From assembly GCA_951406725.2 (NCBI GenBank), contig OX597834.1:9982001-10046000 (forward strand): DNA of 64,000 nt. Reading direction: 5' to 3'. The stretch is from Octopus vulgaris (Eukaryota). The notes under the pieces are model-generated. The model was not told the DNA's origin. It saw nothing but the letters and a program-made list of their open reading frames with translations, and searched no databases. Below are positions 55,244 to 64,000 of the stretch, piece by piece. The first letter of the stretch is position 1, and each line of letters begins with the position of its first letter. The position numbers and the translations under genes are program-made.

Positions 55244-56056
55244 GTATGTATATATATATATATATGTGTGTGTATGTATGTATGTGTATGTATGTATGTA
55301 TATGTGTATGTATGTATGTGTATGTATGTATGTATGTATATGTGTATGTATATGTGTGTATGTATATGTGTGTATGTATATGTGTGTATGTATATGTGTG
55401 TATGTATATGTGTATGTATATGTGTGTATGTGTGTATGTATGTATGTATGTATGTGTATGTATATATGTATATGTATGTATGTATATATGTATATGTATG
55501 TATGAATATATGTATATATATGTATGTATGTATATATATATATGTATGTATGTATATATGTATGTATGTATGTATGTATATGTATGTATATATATATGTA
55601 TATATATATGTATGTATATATATATATATATGTATGTATATATATATATATATGTATGTATATATATATATATATGTATGTATATATATATATGTATGTA
55701 TATATATATATGTATGTATATATATATATGTATGTATATATATATGTATGTATATATATATGTATGTATATATATATGTATGTATATATGTATGTATGTA
55801 TGTATATATGTATGTATGTATATATGTATGTATGTATATATATATGTATGTATATATATATGTATGTATATATATATGTATGTATATATATATATGTATG
55901 TATGTATATGTATATATATGTATGTATATATATATGTATGTATGTATATATATATGTATGTATGTATATATATATGTATGTATGTATATATATATGTATG
56001 TATGTATGTATATATATATGTATGTATGTATATATGTATGTATATATGTATGTATG

Positions 56057-56087
<31 letters not shown>

Positions 56088-56148
56088 ATATGTATGTATG
56101 TATATATGTATGTATGTATGTATGTATATATATATGTATGTATGTTTG

Positions 56149-56179
<31 letters not shown>

Positions 56180-56505
56180 GTATATATATATATGTATATG
56201 TATGTATGTATGTTTGTATATATATATATGTGTATGTATGTATGTTTGTATATATATATATATGTGTATGTATGTATGTTTGTATATATATATATGTGTA
56301 TGTATGTATGTTTGTATATATATATATGTGTATGTATGTATGTTTGTATATATATATATGTGTATGTATGTATGTTTGTATATATATATATGTGTATGTA
56401 TGTTTGTATATATATATATATGTGTATGTATGTATGTTTGTATATATATATATATATGTGTATGTATGTATGTTTGTATATATATATACACATATATATA
56501 TATAT
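54050..56505. repeat. ~2.4-kb complex (TA)/(TATG) satellite
   Basis: Directly visible; source of the 340-900 aa pseudo-ORFs. Confidence 0.97.
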
Positions 56506-56794
56506 TGATAAGCCTTACATCTGTTTCTCAAGAGTACACTACCAAGTGAAATACAAACCACGCCCTAACTGCTATAGTGTTAAATACTTGAAGTGCATTA
56601 CCATATCAAATAATGAAAGCAAGTCTGCTAAGCTTAATATATGGTACACAGAACAGAGGATATGTATTTTCACCACGCCCGACATTAAAGAATGTTCTAC
56701 GCCGCCATTGTCGTGTGTCTTGATAACCTATATTGATCCAAAACTATTTTCAAAGTGCTTCTCCATCATTCGATCATGAATAACAACATCAATA

Positions 56795-56974
56795 AGATTA
56801 GTAGTAGTAGTAGTAGTAGTAGTAGTAATTTTTGATTATGGCGGTGTTGTATTAATAATAATAATAATGATGATGATGATAATGATAATAATAATTATAG
56901 TAATAATAATAATAATAACAATAATAATGATAACAATAATAATAGTAATAATAATAATAATGATGATGATAATG

Positions 56975-57005
<31 letters not shown>

Positions 57006-57252
57006 TAATAATAATAGTAATAATAATAATGATAATAGTAATAATGATAATAACAATAGTAATAATAATAATATTAAAAATGATGATAATAATAATAATG
57101 ATGATGATAATAAAAATAATGATAATAATAATAATAATGATGATGATGATGATGATAATAATAATAATGATGATGATAATGATAATAATAATAATGATGA
57201 TGATGATAATAATGATAATAATAATAATAATGATAATAATAATAATAATATG
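56795..57252. repeat. (TAG)n then (AAT/GAT)n array
   Basis: Directly visible. Confidence 0.96.
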
Positions 57253-57491
57253 AGTAAAAACGTACATTAGTTTCTAAACAGCTAACATTATTAAATACAC
57301 ACAAAATTATGAAGGACATGAAGAAAAACTTCACATAAATGAATAGACCTATATGAAACATATACAATTTTTTGAATGTGCAAAGAAATCGATCGAAATA
57401 AAAATCAATATTATGTGATGGAAAGATTTAGATTTTGGAGCAAATGTATGAATAAGTAATGTTACTTCCTGCTCTGTAGTTCACTCTTTCT

Positions 57492-57543
<52 letters not shown>

Positions 57544-58309
57544 TCCTGTGTGTGTTATTCCTCTATATCCATATAGCTATGTAGCAGACACTTGGGCGTG
57601 TGGTTAAAAAGTTTACCACGCACTCAGACAATCGTTTCTGGTTCGATTTTATTGCATAGCTTTTAAACAAACCGTCTTCAGTTTAGTTCCAGTTACGCCC
57701 AATATTGTAAAATGAAACCAGTAAGCAATATCGTTGGCAAGGCCGGTTCTATGAGCAGCTAGCATTTGTGTGGCTTTGCTCCCTCTATATTGCTTACTTG
57801 TAGCTTCCATCCGACAATCTCAAACTCCACGCAGTATTGTTATAGTCATAATCTTTATTTTAGGACATAACATAAAAGCCAGTTCATGTACACCATACGT
57901 ATGTTTCTGGTCACAGGTTTAAAAATGATACACGTCTGACATAGACACGTTTATTTATCTACTGTTAGTTGTTTTCTTTGCTGTTTTTTTTTTTGCTTCG
58001 CCACAGTTTTCCCTATCCGGATCATTCCTTATTTATTTATTTATTTATTTATTGTTACAGTTTGCTGAGATTCTGTGTTTTTGGTCTGTATTTTTTACGT
58101 GAAATAGGATTTTTCTTTGAATCTGAGTTCAAGATCTCGTAATATGGCGGCACATCCAGATAGATGGTGCAAAGAAAACAAGGACGGGTCATTCGAAGTT
58201 TTCTTTCCTCAGTCAAGTACCAGATTATCTTCGCAATTTCGGCTGATTATACTTGTCGTTTTGGGTTTTGGTGTGCTAGATTCTTTATGTGAGTTCGTGT
58301 GTTGAAGCA

Positions 58310-58582
58310 TATTCTGTTGTGTCTGGGGAGAGTCATTTTCTTTTTGTGCCTTATAAAGCTCAAAAAGAAAATTTAACACACTCACCGATAAAATTTCCAG
58401 TTATTCCGTATTTTTATTTTCCTAAAATTTTCATTGAGTCTTGCAAACATTTCAATAGTCTTCACTCTTGAAAAGTTTGCAAGACGCAACGAAAATAAGG
58501 AATAAGTGAAATTTTTACCGGTGAGCATGTTAAATTATAAGGCACAAAACGAAAATGACTCTCCCCAGACAGAACAGAAGAT
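58310..58582. mobile_element. Fold-back element (~110-140-bp imperfect inverted arms)
   Basis: ttctgttgtgtctggggagagtcattttc...cttgcaaac versus gtttgcaagac...gaaaatgactctccccagacagaacagaa. Confidence 0.8.
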
Positions 58583-58760
58583 ATATATAGTGTAGAAAAT
58601 CAATAACCAGGTATTCGAATTCACATTCATATTCATTAAGTCACAATATTAATTCAAGTCAAGCTATATCTGTGTAACCAAATTGTGACGCTTCGAACCA
58701 TAATCTACGCCCCAAATTACCAAAGTGTTAATGTGGGAATGATTCGCAACGAATGTACAT

Positions 58761-59163
58761 AGGCGCAGGAGTGGCTGTGTGGTAAGTAGCTTGCTAACCA
58801 ACCACATGGTTCTGGGTTCAGTCCCACTGCGTGGCATCTTGGGCAACTGTCTTCTACTATAGCCTCGGGCCGACCAATGCCTTGTGAGTGGATTTGGTAG
58901 ACGGAAACTGAAAGAAGCCTGTCGTATATATGTGTATATATATGTGTATGTGTTTGTGTGTCTGTGTTTGTCCCCCTAGCATTGCTTGATAACCGACGCT
59001 GGTGTGTTTATGTCCCCGTCACTTAGTGGTTTGGCAAAAGAGACCGATAGAATAAGTACTGGGCTTACAAAGAATAAGTCCCGGGGTCGAGTTGCTCGAC
59101 TAAAGGCGGTGCTCCAGCATGCCCGCAGTCAAATGACTGAAACAAGTAAAAGAGAGTAAAGAG
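58761..59163 (+). mobile_element. Full-length SINE family A
   Basis: Complete head, core, microsatellite and tail. Confidence 0.94.
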
Positions 59164-60027
59164 TGAACAATATAAACTCGCATATTTATTCGATCTGAAA
59201 AATCGAACAGAATCCGCATCAGGGATGAGGATATCACGTTACCAGGGTAGACACTATATTAAGCGCCGTAGTCTAGTATAATCATACGATGTAATTATCC
59301 ACATCTCTCGTCAAAAAGATTTTGTCAATTGAACTACGATGATTGAGAATGGATTTTGTTCGATTTAAAATGTACATGAATAATGAGTTCACTCTTTTCT
59401 AGAAAATTCTCGCTGAAAATTAACCTTAATCTATTGAAATCTGTAATCTAGACTACAAAAGGTTAAAAGAAATGTACATTTATAATCATTTTAAGCCTAA
59501 TTATTTTTAACGTGTATTTCTCGAAAAATAATAGGCAACCTCCTTTATTATTATCATTATTCTCCTTTCCTTTTTTTTTTTTTTTCATTTTCTTCAATCG
59601 TTTGACCGAGGACATGATTGGTTGTACATTTGATATTATACATTATTTGAATTTCATATTAAACAGTATATGACTAAATGTGTATAATCCCATTGTGTGT
59701 GTAATTGAATTTGTTGGCAACAAAGTAAACTTAGAAAATACAAAGAGATGAAAATAAAATTAATGAAAATTCTATGCATACTGCAATGGAATGAAAAAAA
59801 AACGGGTGAAATAAAAAATGAAGAAAGAAATAGATAAAAATAAAAGTTTAGAAGAAAAAGCAAAAAGAAGGTTTGTTCCTTTCTCTACACATGATTTTTA
59901 AAGTTATTTATTTTATTTTCATAATTACTTCAACTGCAGAAATTTTACATAAAATTGGAAATTATTCATCCTTATAGGAATTAAATGGTTCAAAGCAATA
60001 TCAAAGTTTTTATTTGAAAGAAACACA

Positions 60028-60412
60028 TCTCTCTCTATATAAACGGCAGTTTGTCTGTGCGTTTTCTGTGTGTCTGTTTTCTCGTACCCTCACTCTGACC
60101 ACGGCTTTCAACCGATTCTGATGAAACTTGACACACACATAGCCCAATGTCATAATTCAAAACTAACGCAGCGAAAATTTTGAAAAGTTCCCCAAGTTCT
60201 GAAAAAAATCGATAAATTCGACATGGGGTCGAGAATCAGAAACCCAAAACCACAGACCGTCTAGGGGACGCAACTCCACCTTTTTAACTCTAAAAAAAAA
60301 ATTTACCATCATTTTATTTCCATTTTTTTTCTATTTTTTGGCTATAACTCTCTAAAAATGCTTTATAGTTATTTCCCTTACAAACCTGAGCAACGCCGGG
60401 CGATACTGCTAG
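60028..60412 (+). mobile_element. Non-autonomous Helitron
   Basis: A|TCTCTCTCTATATAAACGG ... cctgagcaacgccgggcgatactgCTAG|T. Confidence 0.88.
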
Positions 60413-60775
60413 TTGATGATATATCTATCGTGTGATGATGGACGTTTTGCAAATCTCTCAAGATCATGAGACATTATACATACACTGGTATTGTAGATGA
60501 TTTGAGGAAATATATAAAGATACACAGTTTGCAAGAAAGGCTACTACAAGGGAGACAGACTAAGAGATAAAGAGAGAAATCGAGAGACAAAATAGGGGAT
60601 TCATTTTTTGCTTTTTGTTCTTATATATTCTACACAAAAAATGCATAATTATATTATTACACTGAGCAATATTACATTAAAAAATAACAACCATAAAACG
60701 CTAATGAGCTTCACAATTACGTTAGAGATAATTATATTCATTATCATTATGTTATGTGATGTACAATAAAAGGGA

Positions 60776-60809
<34 letters not shown>

Positions 60810-60816
60810 ATATATA

Positions 60817-61005
60817 GGGAGAGTTTACGAAAAAAAAAAAAAAAGACGAAGACAAGTGGTGTACAAAACAAACAGATGTATTAGTATAATGCTCAGAAAT
60901 AGAAAAAGCATTTTACGTTTCGGACCTACGCTCTTCTACAGAAAGGAAAACAGAAAACAAGGAGAGAAAAAAAATGTGTGTAGTGGCTAACGATCTATCA
61001 TGGAG
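60817..61005 (-). mobile_element. Short (TA)n-embedded element of the 44450 family, HHR stem II mutated
   Basis: tacgtttcggacctacgctcttctacagaaagg, versus cgagcc in the other copies. Confidence 0.7.
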
Positions 61006-61223
61006 TATATGTATGTATATATATATATATATCTATCTATCTATATATATATATATGTATATATATTCGCTCTTCGAGATTATTTATAATCATGAATATA
61101 TTATGTAACTCTAACAGGGATTATATGCATATATGCATTCATGTATTCAAGTGTGAATGAGTTTAATATATTCTAATCATGACTATATTATTCGCGCACA
61201 TATTCATCTCCATACGCTTGTCT

Positions 61224-61224
<1 letters not shown>

Positions 61225-61277
<53 letters not shown>

Positions 61278-61360
61278 GTGTGTATGTAGGTATGTGTGTG
61301 TGTGTATGTAGGTATGTGTGTGTGTGTATGTAGGTATGTGTGTGTATGTAGGTATGTATG

Positions 61361-61391
<31 letters not shown>

Positions 61392-61635
61392 GTGCATGTA
61401 GGTATGTGTGTATATGTAGGTATGTATGTATATATATATGTGTGTGTGTGTATGTAGGTATGTGTATATATATATATATATATATATACATGCATGTGTG
61501 TAGGTATGTATATATATGTATATGTATATATATGTATGTATGTATATATATGTATGTATGTATATATATGTATGTATGTATATATATGTATGTATGTATA
61601 TATATATATATATATATAGATAGATAGAGAGAGAC
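61225..61635. repeat. Complex TA/TG/TAGG microsatellite
   Basis: Directly visible. Confidence 0.93.
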
Positions 61636-63268
61636 AGAGAGTTTTCAATAACTGTTCAATATGTTTCATTTTCTTTACCTAATATCATGTTTTAAACATT
61701 AAGCTGACAAAGTCTGCGAATTCTAATTTGATGTAATATATTAATTAGATTCGTTGAATCTAATTTCTTCCTCACCTTTGATAGGTACAGTTTGTCTACT
61801 GATCTTTATATAAGTAGAATCACGAAAACTATTCTCTTGATAGTTGCATTAGTACTAAACAGAGACAATGGACAGAATTATGATTGAAATATTCCAAACA
61901 TGATCGTCTTTTTTCTCATTTTTATTCTCTTGCTTTGATGTGCATTTAGATTAACAGTATATATTGTCATCCTCTTTTTCTAAGTCAAGGCATGCGAGAG
62001 TGATGACTGCTCTTAATGACTGGTTGATGTATGACATAGAATATCCATCGCTGTCTCGATTTGCATCTACAGATAAAAAAAATGCAGTCATTCATTAGTA
62101 TTTTCGTTGTTTACGCAAAGACTGACTGACGCGCGTAGTGATGTGGGAAGCAAAATAAATAAATAAAAATGTCTGTGGTAGTGGCATTTGGAGCGTACAG
62201 TCTGTGATCATTTCTGCAGTGGTAAATATCGAAGTACTAAGCATGGTGGTGCCGGAATGAGCCAAGATGCAAAAATTAGCAGAAGTATGATAATTCTCGT
62301 TTGATACTTGTCATTTAATGAAAACTTGAGAACTTTGAAGATGATATTGCAAGTTCGGGAGAGCAGAAATATTAGATATGTGCATGTGTTATATTTCCTT
62401 TATATTATTTCCGGGCATGCCTATATTCTGAACCCAAAACCCATAGGGGTCAACTTAGTAATTCTGTCTCTTACGCTTGCAATGGAAGAAATGCATGAAT
62501 ACAAGTATAAATACGAGCCACTAGACAAGGCATCCCCTGATGATAGATCGCTCCGTGACACAGTCAGACATCAATAACTTCAAAGATTCTCGATGATGGA
62601 CTCTAACAGAAGGCCTTCAGAAACTGGAGGAGTGGTATTTCTCAACTGCTTTTGTTCCTGGTTCGGCCAAGTGCTAAATATGTTTGTTTGTCATTCATGT
62701 GGTTCTGAGTTCGATCCCACAGCACAGTTACCTTCAGTGACCTCATTAATGGCAATCTGGACAACACATGACTGGTGGATGAAATCACTTGGATGGAGAT
62801 CAAGTGTGCACCAGTACTTAAGCGGTTGAATACCTCTTTTTGGGTGCTAAACATAACCCCACTTCGGTAAGAAAAGAACCAGGTATCTGTGGAAAGATTT
62901 CAAAATAATCTCTCTTTTACAAGGTTGCAAACAATGTTTTCAGATTTCGGATAAAGTATGTACGTTCATATGTATGCAACTTCATCTTCTTTTCTTTTCT
63001 TTCTTCTCCTTCTCGCAACATGTCTGCGTGTGTGTGCATGTATGAGTGTTTTTGTGTTTGTGTGTGTGTGTGTGTGTGCGTGTTCCCTTAAATGTTTCAG
63101 TATTCCTTTCTCTGTTTATATTTATAGCCTTTAATCAGTGAAGTTTACATCTGAGGTTGAATAACTTACAATATCTACGTATCCATTCTGTGTTTTCATA
63201 GACAGCAATTGCAACATGTAGAATTTATGACAAAAACAGTTGTATAAGTATATATTACTGATTTTGTT

Positions 63269-63612
63269 GTGGAGGTGCAATGACCCAGTGGTTAGGGAAG
63301 CGGTTTCGATTCCCAGACAGGGCGTTGAGGGTGTTTATTGAACGAATACACCTAAAGCTCCACGAGTCTTCGGCAGACGGTTGTGGCGAACCCTGCTGTA
63401 CTCTTTCACCACAAATTTCTCTCATTCTTTCTTCCTGTTTCCGTTGTACCTGTATTTCAACGGGTTAGCCTTGCCACACTCTGTGTCACGCTGAATCTTC
63501 CCGAGAACTACGTTAAGGGTACACGTGTCTGTGGAGTGCTCAGCCACGAGCAGGCTGTTCCGTTGATCGGATTAACTGGAACACTTGTCGTCGTAACCGA
63601 CGGAGTGCCAAC
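63269..63612 (+). mobile_element. SINE family B with internal deletions and 12-bp TSD
   Basis: actgattttgtt on both sides; head and tail recognisable. Confidence 0.9.
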
Positions 63613-63744
63613 GACTGATTTTGTTACTACTGAGTGAGATTGCGCCTAAGGCATTCATGTGTAAATCGAACACAAGCTTTCAATTCATTATGTAGTTTAT
63701 CGCATGTTCGTGTGTGTGTTTGTGTGTGTGTGTTGTAATCACGA

Positions 63745-63918
63745 CTGTAGATCGTAGAGACGACAGCTAGGGGCATAAGAAAAGGAAAGAGCGGAAGAAA
63801 AGAAAAGAGGGGAAGGCGGCGGAGAGCAGAGAGGAAGGCATCGGCCTGCAGCGAGCGACGTCTCGACCATCTTTCGTCGTCCTCCTCGTCAACTACTTCG
63901 TCTCTCTCTCTCTCTCCC

Positions 63919-63978
<60 letters not shown>

Positions 63979-64000
63979 TCTCTCCCTCCCACTCTCTCTC
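63745..64000. promoter_or_regulatory. CpG-richer island next to a (CT)n/GAGA tract; possible promoter or 5' UTR
   Basis: Local GC and CpG rise (ggcggcgg, gcgagcgacgtctcga) unlike the rest of the window. Confidence 0.25.

Noticed and set aside
54038-56779. ORFs of 340-907 aa (also 36820-37874, 31512-31932, 43330-44022, 48183-48844)
   Set aside because: Pure translations of TA/TG/TATG/CTAT microsatellites that happen to lack stop codons; no coding complexity.
61765-61790. Plus-strand TAG|GTACAG after a pyrimidine run
   Set aside because: Donor is far from consensus.
62528-62560. CTGATGA motif (also at ~12454 and ~20911)
   Set aside because: No stem II followed by GAAA; not a hammerhead.

Overview
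AT-rich, repeat-dense, essentially non-coding animal DNA. The tRNA-derived SINE families, microsatellite load and relic transposons look like an Octopus (cephalopod) genome; this is pattern recognition, not a database result. No intact protein-coding gene is supported. Almost every ORF in the supplied track is a translation of (TA)n/(CA)n/(TATG)n or trinucleotide repeats, and the few real protein remnants are dead TE fragments: three mariner relics, one Tc1/DD37D-like relic, an R4/Dong-type RLE endonuclease end and an RTE LINE end. Also present are four tRNA-SINE families with swapped modules, non-autonomous Helitrons and a hAT MITE with an 8-bp TSD. Two signals stand out. (1) At least 11 hammerhead-ribozyme (HHR) folds from about 7 sequence families, mostly in short (TA)n-embedded, Penelope-pLTR/retrozyme-like elements. 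They have type I topology, palindromic or very short stem III, sometimes a downstream AATAAA, and either canonical CUGANGA or variant cores. Several related elements are fold-back hairpins. (2) A textbook recursive-splicing ratchet point (polypyrimidine-TAG|GTAAGT at 34644-34651) followed by a 105-nt candidate RS-exon, suggesting the window lies in a long + strand intron. All structures were read by eye and need computational and experimental confirmation.
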